From: Acutalibacteraceae bacterium
GTDB taxonomy: Bacteria > Bacillota > Clostridia > Oscillospirales > Acutalibacteraceae
Length of the DNA stretch: 55,057 nucleotides
Reading direction: 5' to 3'
NCBI GenBank assembly: GCA_045659105.1
Contig: JAZOWG010000201.1
Span: forward strand, 1-55,057
This document shows, piece by piece, positions 35,663 through 44,908 of the stretch. A model generated the notes under the pieces. It searched no databases. It was not told the origin of the DNA and saw only the letters and a list, made by a program, of their open reading frames with translations. The translations under genes were made by a program, and so were the position numbers. Each line of letters begins with the position of its first letter. Within the stretch, counting starts at the first letter, position 1.

Positions 35663-38600
35663 TTATTTAACAACTTCTACGCTTATAACAGCCTTTTCGC
35701 CGTTAATATCCCATTCCTTGGAAATTGCGAATGATTCATTTACGCCAACGCTGTCAGCAAGAACGTCTCCTGCAATTTCGTCAGCATTTGCACTTACGAT
35801 TGCATTCAGCTTTTCACTTGCTGAAATACCGACTCTGATATGGTCAGTAACGTTGAAATCAGAATCCTTTCTCATTGTCTGAATCTTAGAAATAAGCTCT
35901 CTTACATATCCTTCAGCAATAAGCTCTTCTGTAAGCTTTGTATCAAGAGAAACGGTAAATCCGTTATCGGAAAGTGAGAAAGAATCGTCCATCTGTGTAG
36001 CTGTGATAAGAAGGTCGTCAGCTGTAAGCTCGATATCACCGATTGATATTGAAAGAGTAATGAAGCCCTTTGTATCAAGCTCCTTTTTAGCTGCAGAGCC
36101 GTCAAGCTTTTCGAGAAGACCTCTGATTTCACCTAACTGCTTACCGTACTTGGGTCCGAGAGTTTTAAGCTGAGGCTTGAAGGTGTATGAAACGAGTCCG
36201 TCTGCATTGTCTGCAAAGTCAACTGCTTTGACATTGAGCTCATCACGAATGATTTCAGCATAAGTTTCACCGAGCTTGTTCTCGGAAACAACTGTAATTG
36301 TACTTAAGGGCTGACGGTTTTTGATGTTAGCTCCGTTTCGTGCTGCACGTCCGAGAACAACGATATTGAGAACCTGATCCATATTCTTTTCAAGCTCTTT
36401 ATCTATAAGCTTTTCGTTAACCTCGGGATAATCGCAGAGATGCACACTTTCGGGCGCATTCTTGTCAAGTGAGCATACAAGGTTTCTGTAAATATCCTCT
36501 GCCATAAAGGGAATAAGAGGAGCGGAAGCCTTAGCAATTGTCACAAGTGCAGTATAAAGGGTCATATAAGCATTGATTTTATCCTCGGGAAGCCCCTGTA
36601 CCCAGTAACGCTCTCTGCCTCTTCTTACATACCAGTTGGAAAGCTCGTCGACAAAACTCTCAAGTGCCTTTGCAGATTCAGGAATTCTGTAGTTTGCGAG
36701 GTGATCGTCAACTTCCTTGACGGTAGAATTAAGACGGGAAAGAAGCCACTTGTCCATTACGGGAAGCTTATCGTAGTCAAGCTCATACTTTGTTGCATCA
36801 AACTTATCGATATTAGCGTAAAGCACGAAGAATGCATAGGTGTTCCAGAGTGTACCCATAAACTTTCTCTGTCCCTCCTGAACAGCCTTTCCGTAGAAAC
36901 GGTTAGGAAGCCAGGGAGCGGAGTTTGTGTAGAAATACCAACGGATAGCGTCTGCACCGTATGTTTCCAGAGCATCGAAGGGATCAACTGCATTACCCTT
37001 GGATTTTGACATCTTCTGACCGTTTTCGTCCTGCACGTGACCGAGAACGATTACGTTCTTATAGGGAGCCTTATCGAAAATCAGTGTTGAAATAGCAAGA
37101 AGCGAGTAGAACCAACCTCTTGTCTGGTCAACAGCCTCGGAAATAAAGTCTGCGGGGAACTGTGCATCGAAGAGCTCCTTGTTTTCAAAGGGATAGTGAT
37201 GCTGTGCGAAGGGCATTGAGCCTGAGTCGAACCAGCAGTCAATAACCTCGGGTACTCTCTTCATTTCCTTTCCGCATTCGGGACACTTAAGTGTTACGGC
37301 GTCGATATAGGGACGGTGAAGCTCAATGTTATCGGGACAGTTGTCGGACATAGACTTTAATTCTTCAATGCTTCCGATGCAGTGTCTGTGACCGCATTCA
37401 CATTCCCAGATGTTAAGAGGTGTACCCCAGTAACGGTTACGGGAAAGTCCCCAGTCCTGAACGTTTTCAATGAAGTTTCCGAATCTGCCCTTACCGATGC
37501 TTTCAGGCATCCAGTTGATTGTATTATTATTCTTAACAAGATCATCCTTAACGGCTGTCATTTTGATAAACCAGGATTCTCTTGCGTAATAAATGAGAGG
37601 TGTGTCGCATCTCCAGCAATGAGGATAATCGTGCTCAAACTTAGGTGCATCAAAGAGGAGACCGTTCTTTTCAAGGTCAACAAGAATGGGCTTATCTGCA
37701 TCCTTTACAAAAAGACCTGCATAAGGAGTTTCTTCAGTCATTTCACCCTTTGAGTCAACAAACTGAACGAAGGGAAGGCCGTACTTTCTGCCGACATTTG
37801 CGTCGTCCTCACCGAACGCAGGAGCAATATGAACAATACCTGTACCGTCTGAAAGTGTAACGTAATTGTCGCAGGTTACGTAATGCCCCTTGATTTTCTG
37901 TTTTTCAACAGCTTTTCCCGTGCATTCGAAGAGGGGCTCGTACTCTTTCCTTTCAAGAGCTGTTCCGGGGAAGGTTTCGAGAATTTCATAAGCCTTCTCC
38001 CCTTCTTCTCTCTTAAGTCCGCCGAGTACCTTGTCAAGAAGAGCTGTTGCCATATAGTAGGTATAGCCGTCGCAAGCCTTAACCTTACAATATTCGTTTT
38101 CGGGGTTTACACAGAGCGCAACGTTTGAAGGAAGAGTCCAGGGAGTTGTTGTCCATGCAAGGAAATATGCATCCTCTCCTTTTACCTTAAAGCGGACAAC
38201 TGCGGAGCGTTCTTTTACACACTTGTAGCCCTGAGCAACCTCGTGGGATGAAAGAGGTGTTCCGCAGCGGGGGCAATAAGGTACAATCTTGAAGCCCTTA
38301 TAAAGAAGGTCCTTTTCCCAGATTGTTTTAAGAGCCCACCATTCTGACTCAATAAAGTTATTGTCATAGGTAACATAAGGATCGTCCATATCTGCCCAGA
38401 AACCGACTGTACCTGAGAAATCCTCCCACATACCCTTATATTTCCATACACTTTCCTTACATTTGTCAATGAAGGGTGCAAGACCGTATTCTTCAATCTG
38501 CTCCTTGCCGTCAAGACCAAGAAGCTTTTCAACCTCGATTTCAACGGGAAGACCGTGTGTGTCCCAACCTGCTTTTCGGGGAACCATTTTACCCTTCATA

Positions 38601-38818
38601 GTGTGATAACGGGGAATCATATCCTTGATAACACGTGTAAGAACGTGACCTATGTGAGGCTTTCCGTTAGCCGTGGGAGGGCCGTCGTAAAATACGTAGG
38701 ACTCACCGTCAGCACGGGAAGCCATACTTTTTCTGAAAATATCGTTGTCCTTCCAGAATTGTTCAACCTTTTTTTCGCGTTCAACGAAATTAAGGTTGGT
38801 AGAAACCTTTTCGTACAT
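35663..38818 (-). CDS. ileS: Isoleucine--tRNA ligase (type 2)
   Basis: It has PPTANGKPHIGH (HIGH) and KMSKSKGN (KMSKS) motifs plus zinc-knuckle CPRCGT and CPECGK segments. The start is set at MYEKVSTNLNF (ATG at 38818), 8 nt after AGGAGG. Confidence 0.95.
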   Translation of the reverse strand: MYEKVSTNLNFVEREKKVEQFWKDNDIFRKSMASRADGESYVFYDGPPTANGKPHIGHVLTRVIKDMIPRYHTMKGKMVPRKAGWDTHGLPVEIEVEKLLGLDGKEQIEEYGLAPFIDKCKESVWKYKGMWEDFSGTVGFWADMDDPYVTYDNNFIESEWWALKTIWEKDLLYKGFKIVPYCPRCGTPLSSHEVAQGYKCVKERSAVVRFKVKGEDAYFLAWTTTPWTLPSNVALCVNPENEYCKVKACDGYTYYMATALLDKVLGGLKREEGEKAYEILETFPGTALERKEYEPLFECTGKAVEKQKIKGHYVTCDNYVTLSDGTGIVHIAPAFGEDDANVGRKYGLPFVQFVDSKGEMTEETPYAGLFVKDADKPILVDLEKNGLLFDAPKFEHDYPHCWRCDTPLIYYARESWFIKMTAVKDDLVKNNNTINWMPESIGKGRFGNFIENVQDWGLSRNRYWGTPLNIWECECGHRHCIGSIEELKSMSDNCPDNIELHRPYIDAVTLKCPECGKEMKRVPEVIDCWFDSGSMPFAQHHYPFENKELFDAQFPADFISEAVDQTRGWFYSLLAISTLIFDKAPYKNVIVLGHVQDENGQKMSKSKGNAVDPFDALETYGADAIRWYFYTNSAPWLPNRFYGKAVQEGQRKFMGTLWNTYAFFVLYANIDKFDATKYELDYDKLPVMDKWLLSRLNSTVKEVDDHLANYRIPESAKALESFVDELSNWYVRRGRERYWVQGLPEDKINAYMTLYTALVTIAKASAPLIPFMAEDIYRNLVCSLDKNAPESVHLCDYPEVNEKLIDKELEKNMDQVLNIVVLGRAARNGANIKNRQPLSTITVVSENKLGETYAEIIRDELNVKAVDFADNADGLVSYTFKPQLKTLGPKYGKQLGEIRGLLEKLDGSAAKKELDTKGFITLSISIGDIELTADDLLITATQMDDSFSLSDNGFTVSLDTKLTEELIAEGYVRELISKIQTMRKDSDFNVTDHIRVGISASEKLNAIVSANADEIAGDVLADSVGVNESFAISKEWDINGEKAVISVEVVK

Positions 38819-38825
38819 CTTCATT

Positions 38826-39070
38826 TCCTCCTGAAAAAAATAATCCCCTGACCGTAACAGGACAAGGGAGCTTGTTTTTATACCACCTATTAACATACAA
38901 TCATATGTCGTTCCTTTAACGGAGAACTGCCGACTGTCCATACTAATTTCCGGACAGTTGCTCGGAAGTGATTTTCAGTAAAGGCTAATGACACAGGGCT
39001 CACACCCTCCCCTGCTCGCTTGAGTTTTCGCTCAGTACCTACTCTCTTCGTCATTACATTTATTTATATA
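38826..39070 (-). promoter_or_regulatory. T-box riboswitch, Ile specifier (AUC)
   Basis: The minus-strand leader has an AGAGAG/AGUA stem I base. The specifier-loop context is GAAAAUCAC, with AUC at the complement of 38970-38972. The T-box core AAUAGGUGGUA lies at the complement of about 38880-38890, followed by a terminator hairpin and U7. Confidence 0.8.
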
Positions 39071-39077
39071 CGCATAT

Positions 39078-39106
39078 ATATTAAATTAATAGGAAACGTT
39101 TGTCAA
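39078..39106 (-). promoter_or_regulatory. Sigma-A-type promoter of the ileS T-box leader
   Basis: On the minus strand, TTGACA (complement of 39101-39106), a 17-nt spacer, then TAATAT (complement of 39078-39083). Confidence 0.65.
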
Positions 39107-39126
39107 GTATTTTTTCCTTTTATGTC

Positions 39127-39153
39127 ACTGAGAGAAGTTACTGACATAGAATA
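39127..39153 (+). promoter_or_regulatory. Candidate sigma-K-type promoter of dpaAB
   Basis: AC (39127-39128), a 16-nt spacer, then CATAGAATA (39145-39153). The remembered consensus is AC-N16/17-CATAnnnTA. In B. subtilis the spoVF operon is sigma-K dependent. Confidence 0.45.
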
Positions 39154-39171
39154 AAGCGAGGAGGAAAAACT

Positions 39172-40035
39172 ATGAACAGAACAATTACTGTAACAGGAGG
39201 AGATTCAAGACAGATATATATGTCAGGATATCTTAAAGAAAAAGGCTATGATGTGAAAATATTTGCCTGTGAGCACGTAAAATATCCTGAGGGTGTAAAA
39301 GGCTGCGACAGTATTGAGGAAGCCGTATTATCGGAAGTATTGATACTTCCACTGCCTGTAAGTAAAAACGGAAGTATGCTTAATACGCCGCTTTCATCAA
39401 AAGAAATAAGGCTAAGGGATATTGCTGAAAGAATAAATGACAGACATATTGTTTTTTACGGAATGGGCTCGCCGCCTTTTTCTAAAAACGTACAAGCAAG
39501 GGCATTGTATTCATGTGATTACTTCAATATCGAAAGTCTGATTTATAAAAATGCCATGCTGACATCTGAAGGTATACTGTCAATTGTACTTGAAAAACTT
39601 CCTGTTACCGTGTTCGGATTGAAAGCAGCAATTACGGGATACGGCAGAATCGGAGCCTTTACGGCTGAAAAGCTTATGAGCCTCGGCGCCGAGGTTACTG
39701 TATTTGCACGGGATGAAATGCAGCAGATTAAGGCTTCACTTAAGGGGATAAGGGCTTACGGAATTTCAGAAATATGCGATTTTGTCAATGATTTTGATGT
39801 AATAATCAATACAGTTCCTGCAATAGTTATTGAGAGAAATGCTGTTTCGCTCAGCAATCCGGGCTGTATTTTTATTGAGGCGGCAAGTGCGCCGTACGGA
39901 ATAGATTCTGATGCCTGTGCGTTATATGGAAGAACACTTATAAAGGCCTTTTCTTTGCCCGGAAAAACAGCACCGAAAAGTGCCGGAATTATCATAGGCG
40001 AAACTATAGATAAACGGCTCCGGGAGGTGAAATAA
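39172..40035 (+). CDS. dpaA: Dipicolinate synthase subunit A
   Basis: It begins TVTGGDSRQIYMSGYLKEKGYDV and has a later Rossmann GYGRIG motif. It overlaps dpaB in a TAATG junction. Confidence 0.9.
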   Translation: MNRTITVTGGDSRQIYMSGYLKEKGYDVKIFACEHVKYPEGVKGCDSIEEAVLSEVLILPLPVSKNGSMLNTPLSSKEIRLRDIAERINDRHIVFYGMGSPPFSKNVQARALYSCDYFNIESLIYKNAMLTSEGILSIVLEKLPVTVFGLKAAITGYGRIGAFTAEKLMSLGAEVTVFARDEMQQIKASLKGIRAYGISEICDFVNDFDVIINTVPAIVIERNAVSLSNPGCIFIEAASAPYGIDSDACALYGRTLIKAFSLPGKTAPKSAGIIIGETIDKRLREVK

Positions 40036-40607
40036 TGGAGAAAATCAATATAGGCTTTGCGATGACAGGCTCTTTTTGCACATTTAAAAAGGCCATAAAA
40101 ACTATGGAGGAGCTGAAAGAAGCAGGAAACAATATTATTCCGATTATGAGCTACAATGCATATTCTACTGATACGCGTTTCGGCAAGGCTTATGAATTCA
40201 GAGATTCAATTGAAAATATCTGTGAACATCATATAATTTCATCAATTTCCGAGGCTGAACCCATTGGTCCTAAAAAGCTTCTCGACATACTGATTATTGA
40301 ACCGTGTACGGGAAATACTCTTGCAAAGCTTGCAAATTCCATTGCAGACACGCCCGTTACTCTTGCTGCAAAATCTCATCTCAGAAACGGAAGACCGGTG
40401 CTTATTGCAATATCTACAAATGATGCGCTGGCGGGGGCAGCAAAGAATATCGGTTCGCTTCTGAATTATAAAAACATATTTTTTGTTCCCTATACACAAG
40501 ACGATGCTGAAAATAAGCCTACATCAATTGTTGCAGATTTTTCACTTACGGAAAAGGCTATGCTTTCAGCTCTGCAGGGAAAGCAGATTCAGCCTGTGAT
40601 AATATAA
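40035..40607 (+). CDS. dpaB: Dipicolinate synthase subunit B (flavoprotein-like)
   Basis: 190 aa beginning IGFAMTGSFCTF, with EPCTGNTLAKLANSIADTPV. The order and size are typical of SpoVFB. Confidence 0.9.
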   Translation: MEKINIGFAMTGSFCTFKKAIKTMEELKEAGNNIIPIMSYNAYSTDTRFGKAYEFRDSIENICEHHIISSISEAEPIGPKKLLDILIIEPCTGNTLAKLANSIADTPVTLAAKSHLRNGRPVLIAISTNDALAGAAKNIGSLLNYKNIFFVPYTQDDAENKPTSIVADFSLTEKAMLSALQGKQIQPVII

Positions 40608-40725
40608 GAAAAAACTTACGATTTGTCCCCCACCTGCCTGACCTGAGACTGTAGGAGTTTCTTGTTATAGGCAAATTGCTCACAGACGCGAGTAATTTCC
40701 TAAATAATTAATATGCAGCCTTCGT

Positions 40726-42330
40726 TTATTGCGAAGGCTGTAATTTAAGTTCAGTAATTCTTTCTGCTATTTCCTTGAATACGGGAGCGCAGTCCTGCGA
40801 AGCAGATGTGCCGTTTTCATTGAAAACCACAACTGTATACTGAGGATTTTCAAAGGGAAAATAACCGCAGAACCAGGTGCAAAGTATCTCTTCACCGTTA
40901 TCGTTATATCTTCCGGTCTGCGCAGTTGCGGTTTTTCCAGCTGATGATACATTTTCCGGCTTGCCGTTTACTCCTGTTCCGTTCAGCATATTGTTATAAA
41001 GGCAATTGTTTACTGTTTCAATAATATCCTTATCTGTAACAAAATGTGTATCTTCCGATTTATAATATGCATATCCCTTACCGTCAGTATCAATAAGCTC
41101 TTTAAGAATATACGGTTCTATATAAATGCCTTTATTTGCAAATACGTTATATGCTGCAGCTAACTGCAGAGGTGTAGCAAGAAGACTTCCCTGCCCGAAA
41201 CAAAGATTTGCAAGTGCAGAATCTGACGTGATTTCATTTTCATCGGGAAGTTTACCTGTCTCTGAAATCAATGTTGAGCATAACTCGATTCTTTTTCCGA
41301 AACCGAAAAGTTTTGCAGTTTCGCTGATATTTTTATATCCTGTATTAATTCCCATATCTATGAAAAATGTATTACAGGATTTTTCTGTTGCAAGATTAAG
41401 GTCGATTTTGCCGTGTGCGGTATTGTTGAAACAGGAAAACGTATTATCACCGAGTTTTATACTTCCCTTGCATTCGTAAGATTCTGAAACATCAAAGGTG
41501 CTTGTCAGTGCAGAAACGGCAATTATCGGCTTGAATACGGAACCAACCGGATAAGAACTCAGTGCTCTGTTCAGAAACGGAAGATTTTTATCGGACAATG
41601 ATGCTTCAATACTATTTAAATCATAACACGGAATGCTCGAAATTGCCCGTATTTCAGCGGTTGCACAGTCAAGAATTACAACAGCACCGCAGCTTATAGA
41701 AGAGCTTTTTATGGCAGTTTCTGCAATATTTTGCACATCCTTATCAATAGTCAGCTTAATTCCAGCGAGAGAATTATAGTTATAATCGTGAAGTTCTATG
41801 CCGTCACCCTTTATTGCATTATCCGATGCGTCTGCATTAAAAGAAACTGTAAGCCTTCCTGAGGCGTCGGTCAGTATTTTATCAAATGCTTTTTCTATTC
41901 CTGCCACACCTGCACCTTCCGAATTTGTATAGCCGATTATGTGAGGGCACAACAGCTCATCTGCGTATCGTATTACAGTAGAATATTCTTTGATAAATTT
42001 TGATTCTTCAATTGCTTTATCGCTTTCAAGCTTAATGAATAAGCCCTTCTTTATTTCACTAAGCTTGTTTTGTGATATTATATTTTCCGTTGAATCATCC
42101 GCCATAACGATGTAATGACGCTTATATATTTCATTGACCAACGGCTTCATATTCATATCATAAATGTATCCTCGTGTTTCACCGAGCGTAATTTCCCTTG
42201 AAAATTGTACATCAGCAACTGAGCTGTACTTACTTTTCTGGATGGCATATATTCTGGCTGACAGTCCGCCGAAAATGATCAGAAACGCAAAAAACAGAGC
42301 ATATGCCCGCCTGTAAAATGTGTTTTTCAT
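40726..42330 (-). CDS. Class B penicillin-binding protein (SpoVD/FtsI-type transpeptidase, no PASTA domain)
   Basis: I trimmed the start to MKNTFYRRAYALFFAFLIIFGG (TM anchor). It has a PBP dimerisation domain, the GSVFKP (SxxK) motif and a later KTATAQ segment resembling KTG. Confidence 0.85.
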   Translation of the reverse strand: MKNTFYRRAYALFFAFLIIFGGLSARIYAIQKSKYSSVADVQFSREITLGETRGYIYDMNMKPLVNEIYKRHYIVMADDSTENIISQNKLSEIKKGLFIKLESDKAIEESKFIKEYSTVIRYADELLCPHIIGYTNSEGAGVAGIEKAFDKILTDASGRLTVSFNADASDNAIKGDGIELHDYNYNSLAGIKLTIDKDVQNIAETAIKSSSISCGAVVILDCATAEIRAISSIPCYDLNSIEASLSDKNLPFLNRALSSYPVGSVFKPIIAVSALTSTFDVSESYECKGSIKLGDNTFSCFNNTAHGKIDLNLATEKSCNTFFIDMGINTGYKNISETAKLFGFGKRIELCSTLISETGKLPDENEITSDSALANLCFGQGSLLATPLQLAAAYNVFANKGIYIEPYILKELIDTDGKGYAYYKSEDTHFVTDKDIIETVNNCLYNNMLNGTGVNGKPENVSSAGKTATAQTGRYNDNGEEILCTWFCGYFPFENPQYTVVVFNENGTSASQDCAPVFKEIAERITELKLQPSQ

Positions 42331-42457
42331 AATATCACCCCGAAATATTTTTTGTTTTTCGGATGTAATTATTACAAATAAGTAAAAAAAATCACTATAT
42401 GTTGAATTAAAATAAATTTTATAGTATAATGATAAAAAAACTATAAGGAAGATTATA

Positions 42458-43090
42458 ATGCCACTAAAAGATATGCCGGCATTTATAAAATCAAACGTAA
42501 ATGTTAAGAACTCATTGATATTCTGTATTCTCAGCTGCACTTGTCTTGTTATACAGCTTATTCTGATGGATAAAAACGTTATCAATATTGTGTTTGATAT
42601 TATAATTCCGTTTACGGCCGCTGTTTGCTTTGCCGCTTATTCAATTACTATGGCTATGGACAGGCCGATAATTCTTATTTGTCCCCCAACGGTTTATTTC
42701 GTTTCCCTGCTTCTTAACAAGCTGATTCTTGTAGAGGTCGGTGTTAAGGATACCTATCCTTTTATTACTATGATAGAGATGATTCCTTACGCCTTTTTCT
42801 GTGTTTGTGTGGCTACATGTAAATTTAAGAAAATTACTGATATAGTCTTACATATTTTCAGTATAGCTCTTATGTGTGCGAGTGTTGTGCTTGCTGTTCT
42901 TGCTGTGTTTTTCAGAATAATAATTTTTATTAACCGTACACATTATCTTATGAACACCTTTGCAATGATTGCAGGCTTCTTTGCTATAATCTTTATATAT
43001 TTTTCAATGATAGAGCTTGTTAAAATTGCAGGAATTAAGAAACGGCACCGCAGAAAAAGCGAAGCCGTTACAGAAGCTGTCAATCATTAA
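42458..43090 (+). CDS. Hypothetical multi-pass membrane protein
   Basis: It has five or six hydrophobic segments and a basic C-terminal tail (KKRHRRK). The RBS is AAGGAAG. I recognise no motif. Confidence 0.5.
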   Translation: MPLKDMPAFIKSNVNVKNSLIFCILSCTCLVIQLILMDKNVINIVFDIIIPFTAAVCFAAYSITMAMDRPIILICPPTVYFVSLLLNKLILVEVGVKDTYPFITMIEMIPYAFFCVCVATCKFKKITDIVLHIFSIALMCASVVLAVLAVFFRIIIFINRTHYLMNTFAMIAGFFAIIFIYFSMIELVKIAGIKKRHRRKSEAVTEAVNH

Positions 43091-43110
43091 TCATATACTT
43101 AATTAAAAAT

Positions 43111-43137
43111 ACGCTGTCAGCATTTAACTGACAGCGT
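43111..43137. terminator. Bidirectional terminator between the membrane gene and hydA
   Basis: ACGCTGTCAG-catttaa-CTGACAGCGT, a perfect 10-bp stem with A/T-rich flanks. Confidence 0.85.
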
Positions 43138-43148
43138 TATTCTTTTGA

Positions 43149-44894
43149 TTAATACTTGGGACGTGCTGTGTAGCCTGTGTGAAGGATTTCGTGAGCCTTG
43201 TGTGAGTTGGGTTCACCGAAATACTCGGCATAAATAGCCTTTACGTCGGGATTGAGATGAGACTTTCTTAAGGGAAGGTTCTTATCATCATTGTAAAGAC
43301 CTGCAGCACGCTTAGCGCGGATGTCAACGTTATTGTGAACAGAAGCGGGCTGAATGGGCTGACCGCCGCCGTTTACACAACCGCCGGGACAAGCCATAAC
43401 CTCGATGAAGTCATATGTCTTTTCGCCGGACTTGATCATTTCAAGAAGCTTCTTAGCGTTTGCTGTACCGGAGGTAACTGCAACTCTGATTTCGTTGCCT
43501 GCAATTGTGTAGGTTGCTTCCTTGATGCCTTCAACACCTCTTACCTCATTGAACTCAAGATTCTCGAGCTCTTCACCTGTAAGAGTCTCGTATGCTGTTC
43601 TGAGGGCTGCTTCCATAACACCGCCTGTTGCACCGAAGATTGTACCTGCACCTGTGCCGAGACCGAAGGGTGCATCATATTCGTCATCGGGAAGCTGATT
43701 GAAGAGTATACCAGCCTTCTTAATCATTCTTGCAAGCTCACGTACTGTGATAACAGCGTCAATATCAGCAAGGCCTTCAACTGCTGTGTGGTCGAGTCTT
43801 TCAGCCTCGAACTTCTTAGCTGTGCAGGGCATTACGCTGACAACGTAGATATCTCTGGGGTCAATGCCCATCTTCTCTGCATAGTATGTCTTAGCAACTG
43901 CACCGAACATGCCCTGAGGAGACTTACAGGATGAAAGGTTGGGGATAAATTCGGGATAATATGTTTCACAGAACTTGATCCAACCGGGTGAGCAGGATGT
44001 GATAAGAGGAAGGTTTTCCTTCTTTGTATATCTGCCGAGGAACTCTGTTGCTTCTTCCATAATGGTAAGGTCAGCAGAGAAATTGGTATCAAATACCTTA
44101 TCAAAGCCGAGAGCTCTGAGAGCAGCAACGAGCTTACCTGTAACAACAGTTCCCATTTCATAGCCGAATTCTTCGCCGAGACCAACTCTTACAGCGGGAG
44201 CAGTCTGAACGATAACGTGCTTTGAGGGATCATTGATAGCATCAAGTACCTTCTGAGTATCGTCTCTTTCAGCAATAGCGCCTGTGGGACAAACTGTGAT
44301 ACACTGACCGCAGGAAATACAGGAAACATCACCGAGAGGCATTTCAAATGCACAGCCGATATGTGTATCGAAGCCACGAGCATTTGCGCCGATAACGCCG
44401 ACACCCTGATTCTTTTCACATACAGCTACGCAACGACGGCAAAGTATGCACTTTTCGTTGTCTCTGTACATGTGAGAAGCTGAAGCGTCGATATCATAGC
44501 TTGTCTTTGCACCTGCAAAAGCAGTTTCTGTATCGATGCCGTAATCATGGCAGAGCTTCTGAAGCTCACAGGAGCCTGAGCGTACGCAGGAAAGACATTC
44601 CTTCTTGTGGTTTGAAAGTATAAGCTTGAGAGTAGTTCTTCTTGCTTCGATAACATCGGGAGTATTTGTGAAAATCTCCATACCTTCGTTTACGGGGAAT
44701 ACGCAAGCAGCAACAAGGCTTCTTGCACCCTTAACTTTTACAACACAGATACGGCAAGCGCCGATTTCGTTGATTTCCTTAAGGAAGCAGAGAGTAGGAA
44801 TTTCGATTCCTGCAAGACGTGCAGCCTCAAGAATTGTGCTGCCGGCGGGAACTGCAAAATCTCTGCCGTTGATTTTAATATTTACATCAGCCAT
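43149..44894 (-). CDS. hydA: [FeFe]-hydrogenase catalytic subunit (HydA of a HydABC-type complex)
   Basis: The N-terminus has a 2Fe-2S ferredoxin fold plus His-ligated and 2x[4Fe-4S] motifs. H-cluster motifs are TSCSPGW, MPCTAKKFE and EVMACPGGCVNGGGQP. Confidence 0.95.
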   Translation of the reverse strand: MADVNIKINGRDFAVPAGSTILEAARLAGIEIPTLCFLKEINEIGACRICVVKVKGARSLVAACVFPVNEGMEIFTNTPDVIEARRTTLKLILSNHKKECLSCVRSGSCELQKLCHDYGIDTETAFAGAKTSYDIDASASHMYRDNEKCILCRRCVAVCEKNQGVGVIGANARGFDTHIGCAFEMPLGDVSCISCGQCITVCPTGAIAERDDTQKVLDAINDPSKHVIVQTAPAVRVGLGEEFGYEMGTVVTGKLVAALRALGFDKVFDTNFSADLTIMEEATEFLGRYTKKENLPLITSCSPGWIKFCETYYPEFIPNLSSCKSPQGMFGAVAKTYYAEKMGIDPRDIYVVSVMPCTAKKFEAERLDHTAVEGLADIDAVITVRELARMIKKAGILFNQLPDDEYDAPFGLGTGAGTIFGATGGVMEAALRTAYETLTGEELENLEFNEVRGVEGIKEATYTIAGNEIRVAVTSGTANAKKLLEMIKSGEKTYDFIEVMACPGGCVNGGGQPIQPASVHNNVDIRAKRAAGLYNDDKNLPLRKSHLNPDVKAIYAEYFGEPNSHKAHEILHTGYTARPKY

Positions 44895-44908
44895 TTTTCC
44901 GTACCTCC

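Noticed and set aside
38819-38941. 5' extension of the ileS ORF in the six-frame track (MDSRQFSVKG...)
   Set aside because: The extension runs through the T-box terminator and antiterminator and has no RBS. The ATG at 38818 sits 8 nt after AGGAGG and begins the conserved IleRS N-terminus.
42331-42585. 85-codon N-terminal extension of the PBP ORF. Similar extensions occur at 2129-2272 (GH2), 12258-12329, 12490-12561, 17539-17589, 48774-48908, 51351-51371, 51572-51586, 52252-52317 and 53486-53593.
   Set aside because: All of them lack an RBS, overlap upstream genes, terminators or promoters, and encode low-complexity or hydrophobic nonsense. Internal starts with good SD sequences give canonical N-termini.
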